64,000 nt of DNA from Phycisphaerales bacterium. GTDB taxonomy: Bacteria; Planctomycetota; Phycisphaerae; Phycisphaerales; UBA1924. Each line of letters opens with the position of its first letter. Position 1 is the stretch's first letter. The stretch is from the NCBI GenBank assembly GCA_007693765.1, contig RECZ01000097.1, forward strand, positions 1,862 through 65,861, written 5' to 3'. Shown one piece after another: positions 28,004 through 38,769 of the stretch. The notes under the pieces are model-generated. The model saw nothing but the letters and a program-made list of their open reading frames with translations, made no database searches and was not told the DNA's origin. Made by a program: the position numbers and the translations under genes.

Positions 28004-29203
28004 ATGGCGAAGAAGAAGCGAATCGTCAGGAAGAAAGCCGCGTCTGGAACCAAAGGCGGCCCCCCGACGCGGGACCGCGCCGCGGACGCCGTGCGCGCCC
28101 GCCGCGCCGGGTCCGGCAAGACAATCGAGCGCATCGTGGGCATGGGCGAGCGCGTGGTCGAGGTGAGCCTCTCGCCCAGGGGCGGCGACCCCAGCCTCGA
28201 GATCCCCACGCGCACGCTCTCCAACACGCGCTACAACAAGTCGAAGCGCACGCTGGAGATGGGCAAGGCCACGCAGACGCGCAACCTGTTCAACGTCAAT
28301 CAGGCCAAGAAGTTCATGCAGTCGCTGCTGCTGGCCGCGGGCTGCAAGGACCTCGCGGAGGAGGGCAAGACGCTCAGTCTCCGCGGCATGTACTACCGCT
28401 CCCTGCACACCATCGCGGGCACGAAGGAGAAGACCTTCGCCGACCAGAGCGAGTCGGACACCATCCTCGAAGACCTCGAGGTCTCCCTCGGCGCGCTGCG
28501 CGAGGAGCTGCACGTCTTCGCCAAGAAGCGCGGCACGATGGTCGGCAACATCACCATCGAGGACTCGGGCGACGAGATCGACTGCCGTCGCATGGGCTCG
28601 GGCGGGTACGCCATCCCCAGCATCTGCGAGCCGGACGTCGTGAAGTTCGGCAAGTGCGACGCCAAGTTCGTGCTGCACGTCGAGAAGGACACCGTCTGGT
28701 CGCGCTTCAACGAGGACCGCTTCTGGGAGAAGCACAACTGCATCCTGACCGAGGGCTCCGGCCAGCCCCCCCGGGGCGTCCGCCGGCTGCTGCACCGCCT
28801 GCATCACGAGCTGAAACTGCCCGTGTACTGCCTGCTCGATTGCGACCCGTGGGGGCACTACATCTACAGCGTCATCAAGCAGGGCTCGATCAACCTCGCC
28901 TACGAGAGCCAGCGGATGGCGATCCCCGACGCCAAGTTCCTGGGCATACGCGCTATCGATTACTCCCGGTACGACCTCAGCGACGATGTGCAGATCGAAC
29001 TGAATGACAAGGACACCGCACGGGCGAAGCAGATCGCGGCGTACCCGTGGTTCCGGGACAACCGGGCGTGGCAGCGAGAGATCAAGGCGATGCTGGACAA
29101 CGGCTTCAAGATGGAGGTTGAATCCCTGATCACCAAGGACATCTCCTACGTGACCGAGGTTTATGTCCCTGACAGGCTGTCGTCAAAGGATTGGCTGGAC
29201 TGA
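28004..29203 (+). CDS. top6A: DNA topoisomerase VI subunit A (Spo11-like, Toprim) with Lys-rich N-terminal tail
   Basis: MAKKKRIVRKKAASG...; LRGMYYRSLH (candidate catalytic Tyr region); FVLHVEKDTVW...ILTEGSGQPPRGVRRLLHRL...PVYCLLDCDPWGHYIYSVIKQGS (Toprim DxD). It starts 16 nt after top6B ends. Confidence 0.88.
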   Translation: MAKKKRIVRKKAASGTKGGPPTRDRAADAVRARRAGSGKTIERIVGMGERVVEVSLSPRGGDPSLEIPTRTLSNTRYNKSKRTLEMGKATQTRNLFNVNQAKKFMQSLLLAAGCKDLAEEGKTLSLRGMYYRSLHTIAGTKEKTFADQSESDTILEDLEVSLGALREELHVFAKKRGTMVGNITIEDSGDEIDCRRMGSGGYAIPSICEPDVVKFGKCDAKFVLHVEKDTVWSRFNEDRFWEKHNCILTEGSGQPPRGVRRLLHRLHHELKLPVYCLLDCDPWGHYIYSVIKQGSINLAYESQRMAIPDAKFLGIRAIDYSRYDLSDDVQIELNDKDTARAKQIAAYPWFRDNRAWQREIKAMLDNGFKMEVESLITKDISYVTEVYVPDRLSSKDWLD

Positions 29204-29339
29204 GCCGCGCCCCGCCCCGTCTTGGGTGGGCGCTCGCATCGCCGTGCCGCCACGCCGAGGCCTTGGCTAGAATCTCGCATAGACGGCCGCTCCGGTCGAC
29301 TCGTGTGGACGTTGCGGCATATTTCAGGCGGGGCTGTAC

Positions 29340-30047
29340 ATGATGTCTCAGCGTTCAGTGACAAGCACGAACACGAAGCAGCAAGGCAGCGACACAGAGC
29401 TGACGCAGCCGGCGCGCGTGTTGGTCGCCGACGACGATCACCTCATCGCGACGGGCCTGGCGAGCTCGCTCAAGTCGCTCGGGCACACCGTGCACGGCCC
29501 CGTCTCCAACGGGCGGCTCGCGGTCGATCACGCCCGTGAGGAGCGCCCCGACCTCGCCGTGCTCGACATCCGCATGCCCGACATGACGGGGCTGGAAGCC
29601 GCGGAAATCCTCTGGAAAGAGATGCGGGTCCCCACCGTCATCGTGTCCGCGTACTCGGACGACGAGTATCTCACACGTGCGAGCGAGGTGGGCGTGTTCG
29701 GGTATCTGCTCAAGCCCATCACGGCCGAGAGCTTGCGCGTGGCCATCAGCATCGCCTGGGGCCGCGCAGAGCAAGAAGGCGCGAACGTGGCGCGCATCGA
29801 TCAGCTCGAACAGAACCTGCGCAACCGCCAGGTCGTCGAGCAAGCAAAGTGGAAACTCGTCGAGCGGTTCGGCGTGCCCGAGCCCGAAGCGCACGCGCGA
29901 ATGCAGCGCGCTGCGCGCAACACGCGGAAACCCCTCGTGCAGATCGCGGAGATGATCATCGAAGGCGCTGATATTTCGTCACCATCCTTCGAACCGGGGG
30001 CGCCGGGCGAATCGCCGGAGGGTGCAGGCGGCCCCACCTCGCGCTGA
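29340..30047 (+). CDS. Response regulator with ANTAR RNA-binding output domain (AmiR/NasR-type); no adjacent kinase
   Basis: REC domain RVLVADDDHLIATGL...DLAVLDIRMPDMTGLEAA...VIVSAYSD. ANTAR domain LEQNLRNRQVVEQAKWKLVERFGVPEPEAHARMQRAARNTRKPLVQIAEMII. Confidence 0.88.
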   Translation: MMSQRSVTSTNTKQQGSDTELTQPARVLVADDDHLIATGLASSLKSLGHTVHGPVSNGRLAVDHAREERPDLAVLDIRMPDMTGLEAAEILWKEMRVPTVIVSAYSDDEYLTRASEVGVFGYLLKPITAESLRVAISIAWGRAEQEGANVARIDQLEQNLRNRQVVEQAKWKLVERFGVPEPEAHARMQRAARNTRKPLVQIAEMIIEGADISSPSFEPGAPGESPEGAGGPTSR

Positions 30048-30723
30048 CGCCGGCCTCCTCAGGCCGATTCTGCACGACAAAGGACGACGCCGGGGCATCT
30101 CAAATTACCCATGTTGTCACACCGACCGCACCGGCGGGCTCATGCGGTGATCTGCGCGCAAATTTCGTGGTATAGAGGCGACTTTCGGCCTTCACATTGC
30201 GCGATTTCCTGCTAGCTTGCTCGCTCTTGAAGGGATGGCTCATGCACCCTGAGAAGAGCGCTCCGAGGCCTCCACGGAACCGAACGACGACCTTCGCTCG
30301 GAGCGCGCCGACGATCCTCCTCACGGAGGGACGAACGACACCGGCCTTGTGCCCTATTCGAGCTTCGGAGGAGAGGCACGAACGCGGCGCGGGCCGGTGT
30401 TCTTTTCCCCACCAGAACATCACCCGAATACGCTCCGGCGCCTGCCCGCGGGTCCGGGCCAACCCGATTGGCTCTCGGTCCTGACTCAGGCGGCTCCCGC
30501 GATGGTCCGATGGAAACCGGACGGAATCGGACGGGCTGCTCAAGCGCACGCCCCCGGTCGTCCGATAAGGCGCCATGACGCGGAGCGTCGCGACCTTCGG
30601 CGGCCGGTTCACGACTGCTCAACATCATCACGTTCCTTCGGACTGTGTGCGGCGGAGCCGGCTCGTCCTCGGAGGCCGCGAAAGCGCCCGGCGATGCCGG
30701 TCGTTCTCGCGCAGGAGTCAGCC
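30048..30723 (+). other. Long (about 675 bp) lower-GC non-coding region with several strong stem-loops; candidate ncRNA or long 5' leader
   Basis: No credible ORF: the track ORFs here are Arg/Ser-rich and use rare codons. Stems seen: 30052-30067; GCTCTT/AAGAGC 30223-30260; GCGCTCCGAG/CTCGGAGCGC 30259-30307; CCTCC-tcac-GGAGG 30317-30330. ACACCGGCC/GGCCGGTGT at 30339-30401 is followed by TCTTTTCCCC. Confidence 0.35.
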
Positions 30724-32133
30724 ATGACCCTCTCGACGACCTACGCCCGCTCGTCCCGCCGCCGCACGCCCGCCCTGCTCGTCGCCGGCCTCGCCGCCGC
30801 GGGCGCCATCGCGGGCTGCGCCTGCTCGACGCACAGCGCCACCTGCGCCCAACCGGCGCCGACGCACGCGCACCGCTCGCCCGCGGACGTCTCCAGCGCC
30901 GCGGCGTGGAGCGTCGCCATGCGTCCCAACGACGCCCACGCGCCCGCCCGAGCGACGGGAGCCGCGCCCGGCGCCATCACCCCCACGCGCACGCAGAACT
31001 CAGCGAACGCGCACCCCGAGGCCCACGCCGCCGCCGGGGCGCCGGCGATGACCGATGTCCAGTCGTACGCGCACCTCGCCTCCTTTGACGCCGACGGCGT
31101 GGACAACCTGCTGCAGGTCTCGTTCGCGATGGACGGCGCCGACTTCGATCCCGGCGTCTCCCCCGACGGGCGCTGGCTCGTCTTCTCGAGCACGCAGCAC
31201 AGCCCCCGTGCGGATATCTACATCAAGTCCGTGCAGGGGCGCACCGTCTCGAAGCTGACGAGCGACGGCTCCAACAACGTCATGCCCAGCTTCAGCCCCG
31301 ACGGGCAGCGCATCGCCTTCGCCTCCGACCGCAACGGCTGGTGGGACATCTACGTCATGGGCGTCGGCGGCGGGCAGCCGATCCAGATCACCAGCGATCG
31401 CAGCCACCAACTCCACCCCACGTGGTCGCCCGACGGGCGCCGCATCGCCTTCTCGCGCCTCAACCCCGTCTCGGCGCGGTGGGAGTTGTGGGTTGTCGAC
31501 GTCGTCAACCACGGCGTGAGCCGCTTCATCGGGCACGGCATGCTGCCCGCCTGGAACCCCATCAACGACAAGATCGCCTTCCAGCGTCCGCGCGAGCGCG
31601 GCGCCCGGCTCTTCTCCGTCTGGACGATCGACTACATCGACGGCGAGGGGCGCAACCCCACCGAGATCGTCAGCGATCCCGGCGTGGCGTACATCAACCC
31701 AACGTGGTCGCCCGACGGCACGCGGCTGGTCTTCGCCGCGGTCTCCGAGCACGAATCCGCCGACCCCTACGACGCCCGCCCCGGCGCTTCTGAGATCTGG
31801 ATGGTCCGCGTCGACGGCATGGAGAAGACCCGCCTCGCCGGTGCGCCCTTCGTCAACCTCATGCCCACCTGGGGCGCCGACGGGCGTGTGTACTTCGTCT
31901 CCGACCGGGGCGGCCCGGACAACATCTGGGCCATCTCGCCCTCCCGGGCCATCCTCACGGCCGGCGTGAACGAGACCATCAACTTCGCCGGCGCATCGCG
32001 CCCGACGCCGGCCACGGCCTCCAACATCACCGCGGACCGCCCCCGCGACACGCGTTCGACCAAGGCGCCCATGTTGGGCGACATTCTCGGCGCCATCGCG
32101 GGCGCGAAGTCCGACGAACAGTCGGACGACTGA
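30724..32133 (+). CDS. TolB-like beta-propeller (PD40/WD40-like repeat) lipoprotein with Tat-like signal
   Basis: AGGAG lies 7 nt upstream of ATG 30724. MTLSTTYARSSRRRTPALLVAGLAAAGAIAGC. Repeats PSFSPDGQRIAFASDRNGWWDIYVM, PTWSPDGRRIAFSR, PTWSPDGTRLVFAA, PTWGADGRVYFVSDR. Confidence 0.82.
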   Translation: MTLSTTYARSSRRRTPALLVAGLAAAGAIAGCACSTHSATCAQPAPTHAHRSPADVSSAAAWSVAMRPNDAHAPARATGAAPGAITPTRTQNSANAHPEAHAAAGAPAMTDVQSYAHLASFDADGVDNLLQVSFAMDGADFDPGVSPDGRWLVFSSTQHSPRADIYIKSVQGRTVSKLTSDGSNNVMPSFSPDGQRIAFASDRNGWWDIYVMGVGGGQPIQITSDRSHQLHPTWSPDGRRIAFSRLNPVSARWELWVVDVVNHGVSRFIGHGMLPAWNPINDKIAFQRPRERGARLFSVWTIDYIDGEGRNPTEIVSDPGVAYINPTWSPDGTRLVFAAVSEHESADPYDARPGASEIWMVRVDGMEKTRLAGAPFVNLMPTWGADGRVYFVSDRGGPDNIWAISPSRAILTAGVNETINFAGASRPTPATASNITADRPRDTRSTKAPMLGDILGAIAGAKSDEQSDD

Positions 32134-32242
32134 TCTCTTCGCCGACCCCCCCGCGCGTCGGGCGCCGCAGCGCTCGACGCGTCTTCCAACCCCAGGCACA
32201 CACGCCCGCGCGGCGGAGCCCGCGCGCACCAGGCAGGACGCC

Positions 32243-33067
32243 ATGAAAACCGCACAGCGAATGCTCGCAACAACCCCCCGCACCGGCGCGCCGATCCTGC
32301 GCGCGTCCGCCGCGCTCACCCTCGCCGCCCTTCTGGTCTTGGTCGGCTGCACGCAGCCACGGGAGGAGCCCCTGCTCAATCCGCGGGTGCTCGTCGCCCC
32401 CTACGCCCTCTACGACCCCGATCAGCCCGACGCGCTCTGGGCGATCGCCCCGCTCCGCAACGAATCGGGGACCAGCATCGTCGACACGCTCAGCGTCTCC
32501 GATGCGCTGGTCGCCCAGACGCACCAGGTGCGGGGCGTCAGCGTCGTGCCCCTGAACCGGACGATCGCGGCCATGCGGGTGCTGCAGATGCAGTCCGTCG
32601 ACACGCCCGACGACGCCCACGCCCTCATCGAGACGCTGGGCGTCGACGCCATCGTCGTCGGCACCATCACCGCCTATGACCCGTACGACCCGCCCGTGAT
32701 GGGCATGAGCGTGGCCCTCTTCGTCCGGCCCGGGTCGCTCCTGACGACCGGCTCGCCCGACCGTGGGGGCCTCGACCCCCGGACGCTGCGCTCCACCGCC
32801 AGAGAGACCTCCGTGCCCCACCCCGAATGGAGCACCGCCCCGACCTCGGTGGCCTCCGAACACCTCAACGCGGCCAACCACGAGGTGCAGATGGCCGTCA
32901 GAACCTTCGGCGAAGGCCGATCCTCGACTAGATCCGCCCTCGGATGGCGCCGATATCTCGCGAGCATGCCGCTGTATGCGGACTTCGTCAGCTACCGAAT
33001 CACGGAGCGACTGCTCGACGCCGAGCGCGCCCGACTCGCCAGAACCCACGACCACGCCGCCCGCTGA
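32243..33067 (+). CDS. Lipoprotein of unknown function (loosely LpoB/CsgG-like N-terminal pattern)
   Basis: Lipobox LLVLVGC. The pattern ...WAIAPLRNESGTS...GVDAIVVGTITAYDPYDPP recalls periplasmic lipoprotein activator folds, but I make no firm family call. Confidence 0.55.
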   Translation: MKTAQRMLATTPRTGAPILRASAALTLAALLVLVGCTQPREEPLLNPRVLVAPYALYDPDQPDALWAIAPLRNESGTSIVDTLSVSDALVAQTHQVRGVSVVPLNRTIAAMRVLQMQSVDTPDDAHALIETLGVDAIVVGTITAYDPYDPPVMGMSVALFVRPGSLLTTGSPDRGGLDPRTLRSTARETSVPHPEWSTAPTSVASEHLNAANHEVQMAVRTFGEGRSSTRSALGWRRYLASMPLYADFVSYRITERLLDAERARLARTHDHAAR

Positions 33068-33275
33068 CGCGACGGAGCCTGCACGCTCCACCGCCGATGC
33101 AGGCGGAGGAGCCACGCAGAATGCCCGGCGTAGAGAAGCCACCGACACCGACGCACGCGAGGCCCGCCCACGGCGGTCCCGGGGAGCGTGCGCGGCCGGT
33201 CGATCGCTGCGCGTGAGATTTGTTCCCAGAACCCCGCGCCGCGAGGCGCACACGCCACCGGCGGATACACCAAAC

Positions 33276-34310
33276 ATGAACACCCTCCCCATCATCCAAG
33301 CGTTCCTCTCGTACCTCACCGACGAGCGCCACTTCAGCCCCTACACCGCCCGCTGCTACGGCGCCGACCTGCGCCAGTACGCGCTCTTCCTCGCCGAGGA
33401 GGGCGACATCGAGCCCGACGAGACCGTCGAGCGGCGCATCTTCGAGCAACTCGAGAAGTCCCGCGGCGGCAGCATCGCCAACGCCGGCCCCGAGGTCGTC
33501 GCCCGCATCGCGCCCCCCGGCGTCACCAGCGCCGTCTGCAGCGCCGACACCGAGAGCCTCCGCGCCTACCTCACCTACCTCGCCGATCAGTGCTACTCCC
33601 CCGCCACCATGGCGCGCAAGATCGCGACCCTCCGCTCCTTCTACAAGTGGGCGGAGAAGCGCGGCCTCGTGGGCGCCAACCCCATGACCCTCATCCGCAC
33701 GCCGCGCCAGTCCAAGCGGCTGCCCAAGGCCATCACCATCGAGCAGATCGAACTGCTGCTCTCCGCCCCCGACGACAAGGACGTTCTGGGCGCGCGCGAC
33801 CGGGCGATCCTCGAGACGCTCTACTCCACCGGCATCCGCATCAGCGAGCTCGTGGGGCTGAACATCGACGACCTCGACGAGACGGGCGAGGCCCTCCGCG
33901 TGCGCGGCAAGGGTAAGAAAGAACGCCTGGTGCCGCTCGGCTCGCACGCGTTGGTGGCGATCCGCAAGTACGCCGCCATGCTGCGCAGCGACGAGCGCTT
34001 CCGCGAGGCCGCCGCGGGCGCCGACAAGCCGCTCTTCGTCAACAAGCACGCGGGCCGGCTCTCGTCGCGCAGCGTGCGGCGCAAGCTCGACAAGTACCTC
34101 AAGGAGGTCGGCCTCGACCCCTCCATCAGCCCGCACACACTGCGCCACTCCTTCGCCACCCACCTGCTCGACAACGGCGCCGATCTCCGCTCTGTGCAGG
34201 AGCTCCTCGGCCACCAGTCGCTGAGCACGACGCAGATCTACACGCACCTCACCTCGCAGCGGCTGCGCGACGCCTACGAACGCGCCCATCCCCGCGCCGA
34301 AGCCAGCTAA
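33276..34310 (+). CDS. Tyrosine site-specific recombinase, XerC/XerD type
   Basis: N-terminal SAM-like FLSYLTDERHFSPYTARCYGADLRQY. Catalytic region ARDRAILETLYSTGIRISELVGL...HTLRHSFATHLLDNGADLRSVQELLGHQSLSTTQIYTHL. Confidence 0.88.
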   Translation: MNTLPIIQAFLSYLTDERHFSPYTARCYGADLRQYALFLAEEGDIEPDETVERRIFEQLEKSRGGSIANAGPEVVARIAPPGVTSAVCSADTESLRAYLTYLADQCYSPATMARKIATLRSFYKWAEKRGLVGANPMTLIRTPRQSKRLPKAITIEQIELLLSAPDDKDVLGARDRAILETLYSTGIRISELVGLNIDDLDETGEALRVRGKGKKERLVPLGSHALVAIRKYAAMLRSDERFREAAAGADKPLFVNKHAGRLSSRSVRRKLDKYLKEVGLDPSISPHTLRHSFATHLLDNGADLRSVQELLGHQSLSTTQIYTHLTSQRLRDAYERAHPRAEAS

Positions 34311-34390
34311 GCCGCCGCCCGACCGGGAGGGGCTCCGCCGGTGGGAGCCTAATGAACGAGCCGCACGTGTGAGGGCGCGTGACCCGCGGG

Positions 34391-34453
34391 GATTCCCGCG
34401 AGCTATTCCATAGGAGATTCCGGTGGGATTCTCTGGGGGAGATTCCGGGGGAG
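34391..34453 (+). repeat. Five degenerate direct repeats of GATTCC(N)GGG with 11-14 bp period, upstream of the FKBP gene
   Basis: ATTC(C) starts at 34392, 34405, 34417, 34428 and 34442. The last copy, GATTCCGGGGGAG, resembles the TTCCGGGGGG motif seen elsewhere. Confidence 0.35.
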
Positions 34454-34504
34454 CGATGTGGGAGTGCCTCGCGTCCACCCTGTGCAGGGCCTACACTGGA
34501 CGCT

Positions 34505-35575
34505 ATGAACATCGCCAAGAACGCCGCCGCAACGGCCTGCGCCGCCATCGTGTGCGCCCTCGTCGCGCTCTCCCCCACCGCCCGCGCCGACGACGCCGCT
34601 CTCCGCGCCCACACCGACCTGCTGCGGGGCGTGTACTCCGACGGGAACCTGCGCATCCATTTCTTCGACATCGCCGTCACCGATGCGCCGAACATGCTCG
34701 TCGGCGAGTTCGTGCAGATCGGCGAGGAGAGCGTGCTCAAGGCGCAGATCCTCGCGCAGTTCATCCGCCGACAGGGCGAGATCACGCTCCGCATGTACCG
34801 CTTCCCCGCCGGCACGCGTATGGCGCCCGGCCTGTGGGCGGCGCCCGACCTCACCCCAGAGATCGAGAGCAGCCCCCTCGACATCGTCGGCGACCTCCGC
34901 GTCCGCAGCGACGACCCCGAGAACCCCACCTGGATCGAGGCCTCCACCGGCGAGCACGTGCCCGTGCACACCCGTCAGGCGATCGAGATGTCCACCAAGT
35001 TGCGCATCGACGCCGCCGGCTTCACCATCGACGAGGTCGGCTACGACGGGCAGGGCGAGCAGGTGTGGACGTTCCCCGAGCAGGGCCCCACCACCTACGC
35101 CCGCATCGACAACCCGCTCACCAGAGTACGGCGCGAGTCCGGGCTCATCGTCGTCGACCTCACCGAGCCCGCCGACGCGAACGCCAAAGTCGGCGAGGCG
35201 GGCGACGAGTTCACCGTCCACTACTACGGATGGCTGCCCAACGGCTTCCTCTTCGACACCTCCAAGCAGCCCGGACGCGACCCCTTCGCGCTGGTCGTGC
35301 CCGGCGGCGTGATCGAGGGGTGGAACCAGGGGATCATCGGGATGCGCGTCGGAACGACGCGGCGCCTCTTCATCCCGCCCCACCTCGGCTACGGCGAGCG
35401 CGGCGCCGGCGGCGTGATACCGCCCAACTCGTGGCTGGTCTTCGATGTCGAGCTCGTCTCTCTCCGCAAGGCCTCGGACATGCCCGACCACGATGGGCGC
35501 CACGGACATGACCACGGTCACCACGACCATGATCATGATCATGATCATGACCACGACCACGACCACGACCACTAA
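34505..35575 (+). CDS. Secreted FKBP-type peptidyl-prolyl isomerase with N-terminal domain and His/Asp-rich C-terminal tail
   Basis: Signal MNIAKNAAATACAAIVCALVALSPTARA. FKBP core FTVHYYGWLPNGFLFDTS...GGVIEGWNQGIIGMRVGTTRRLFIPPHLGYG...IPPNSWLVFDVELV. Tail DHDGRHGHDHGHHDHDHDHDHDHDHDHDH. Confidence 0.88.
   Translation: MNIAKNAAATACAAIVCALVALSPTARADDAALRAHTDLLRGVYSDGNLRIHFFDIAVTDAPNMLVGEFVQIGEESVLKAQILAQFIRRQGEITLRMYRFPAGTRMAPGLWAAPDLTPEIESSPLDIVGDLRVRSDDPENPTWIEASTGEHVPVHTRQAIEMSTKLRIDAAGFTIDEVGYDGQGEQVWTFPEQGPTTYARIDNPLTRVRRESGLIVVDLTEPADANAKVGEAGDEFTVHYYGWLPNGFLFDTSKQPGRDPFALVVPGGVIEGWNQGIIGMRVGTTRRLFIPPHLGYGERGAGGVIPPNSWLVFDVELVSLRKASDMPDHDGRHGHDHGHHDHDHDHDHDHDHDHDH
35528..35572 (+). repeat. 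Coding hexanucleotide microsatellite: (CATGAT)x3, CATGAC, (CACGAC)x3, CAC
   Basis: Read directly in frame. It encodes the (HD)n tail of the FKBP protein. Confidence 0.9.
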
Positions 35576-36338
35576 CCCCCCGCACCCTGCCTCGCCCGCC
35601 GCATCGGTGGTTTTCGGGCCTTTCGCAGGGCGCGGGACCGGTGCATTCCGGCTCTGAACGCGGCCTCCGTGCGGAATTCGGGCATTGGGGTTGTGATCAC
35701 CCCCCCGGCATGCGACAATGTCGGTACGGCGCAGGACGCGCTCCCCCCCCTCCGGGCGATCACCGCTCGCCGAGCGTCCTCCCCACAGGCGCCGAGAAAC
35801 GTTGTCGCTATGCCCGGCTCACTCGACAGACTGCAAGGCTACCTCGCGCGGCTCGACGAACAGGCGGACCTCGCCCGACTCGAGGCGATCCTCACCGACG
35901 CCCGTGTCCGCGACGACCTGCTGCTGCGCGATCTCGGTTGTTACTGCCAGTTTTGCGACAAGGCGTACGCCCGCAACCTGGTGTGCGAGTCGCGCTGGCA
36001 TCAGCTCTACGTCATGTGCTGGCGCCCGGGGCAGGCCTCGAGCGTGCACGACCACCGCGGCTCGGCGTGCGCGTTCCGCGTGCTCACCGGCGAGTGCACC
36101 GAGGTGCGGTTCGAGCGCGAGGACGCCGGCGTGGTGCGCCCCGTCTCGAGCGTGGTGTACGAGACGGGCTTCGTCTGCGCCACCGAGGACGACGACATCC
36201 ACATGATCGCCAACCGCTCGGCGTCGGAGAACCTCGTCACACTCCACTGCTACTCGCCAGCCCTCACCACGTGGAACGAGTACGAGACCGACGACGCGGC
36301 GCTGGGATCGTTCCTGCGCACCGCCGCGTGCTCGCCCG

Positions 36339-37813
<1,475 letters not shown>

Positions 37814-37817
<4 letters not shown>

Positions 37818-38767
37818 GGCGTGGGGGTCTCCGTGTCGCGGTCGTGGCGTTGGGATCGGGCGCCCGGCTCGGCGGGGAGGAGGAGTTCGACGACGGCGCC
37901 GCCCTCGGGGGCGTTGCGCACCCGCACGCGCCCGCCGTGGGCGTCGACGATGCGGTGCACGATGGCCAGCCCCAGCCCCGTGCCGGTGTGTCGGGTGGTG
38001 AAGAACGGGTTGAACATGCGCGCCACCACCTCGGGCGTGACGCCCGGGCCGGTGTCGCGCACGCGCAGCGAGATCATCGGCGCGGCGTCGCCGGCCTTCT
38101 CGCGCACGCGCGTGCGTGAGGCGTCCAGCGTCACCGTGCGCTCGCGCGAGGGGTCGCCGGCGCCGGCGATGGCCTCGATGGCGTTGCGGACGACGTTGAT
38201 CAGCGCCTGCCGCACCAGCGTGCCGTCGCACTCGATGGCCACGGGGCGGCGCTGGGCGTCCTCGCGTCGCACCTCGATGCCTTCGCGCTGCAGGCACGCG
38301 GCGCAGGCCGCGAGGGCGTCGTCGAAGAGTTCCTGCGCGGTGCAGGCATCGTGCTGCGGGCTGATCGGGCGGGCGAAGGAGAGCACGTCGCCCACCACGC
38401 CGTCGAGGCCGCGCACGGCGCTGGCGATCTTCAGCGCCGTCTCGCGCTCGGCGGGCCGGTCAGCGAGGTCGTCGGCGAGCATGGAGGCGTAGAGCCGGAT
38501 GGAGCCGAGCGGGTTGCGCACCTCGTGGGCGATGCCCGCGGCCATCTCGCCCAGGGCCGCGAGGCGCTCGGTGCGGCGGAGCTGCTCGTTGGCGTCGTGC
38601 AGCTCTGACTCGAGACGCGACACCTGTGCGCGCAGCGTCTCGTGGGTTCGTTGCAGGCGCGTCGTCACCTCGTTGAACGCGCCGATGAGCTCGGCGAGGT
38701 CCTCCGGGGCGGGGGCGCCTGCGCGGGCGCCCGCCGGGGCGATCTGTTGGAGCGTCTCTGCGCTCAC
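37814..38767 (-). CDS. Short cytoplasmic histidine kinase (coiled coil + HisKA + HATPase, no sensor or TM domain)
   Basis: GTG at 38767 lies 6 nt after GGGAGGG and 2 nt after the upstream stop. H-box AAGIAHEVRNPL. N/G boxes VVRNAIEA...DTGPGV...FFTTRHTGTGLGLAIV. Confidence 0.85.
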
Positions 38768-38769
38768 GC

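Noticed and set aside
25900-28227. 775-aa minus-strand ORF opposite top6B
   Set aside because: Shadow ORF with a monotonous L/A/R/G/D composition. The + strand frame carries the GHKL motifs.
30100-30612. 170-aa (-) and 95-aa (+, 30197..30484) ORFs inside the long gap after the ANTAR gene
   Set aside because: Arg/Ser/Pro-rich translations with rare codons for this genome (CGA, ACA, ATA), no RBS and no motifs. The region is better explained as non-coding structured RNA or leader.
30048-30723. Known housekeeping ncRNA (RNase P RNA, tmRNA, SRP RNA) in the gap
   Set aside because: I found no GAGGAAAGTCC-type RNase P core, no tmRNA acceptor/T-arm ends or tag ORF, and no SRP domain IV motif on either strand. 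An Infernal scan would still be needed for certainty.
33276-34310. Tyrosine recombinase as the integrase of a mobile element
   Set aside because: The sequence is XerC/XerD-like throughout. Flanking genes are normal-GC housekeeping or lipoprotein genes, and I saw no att-like direct repeats or adjacent tRNA. The low-GC islets are 15 kb or more away.
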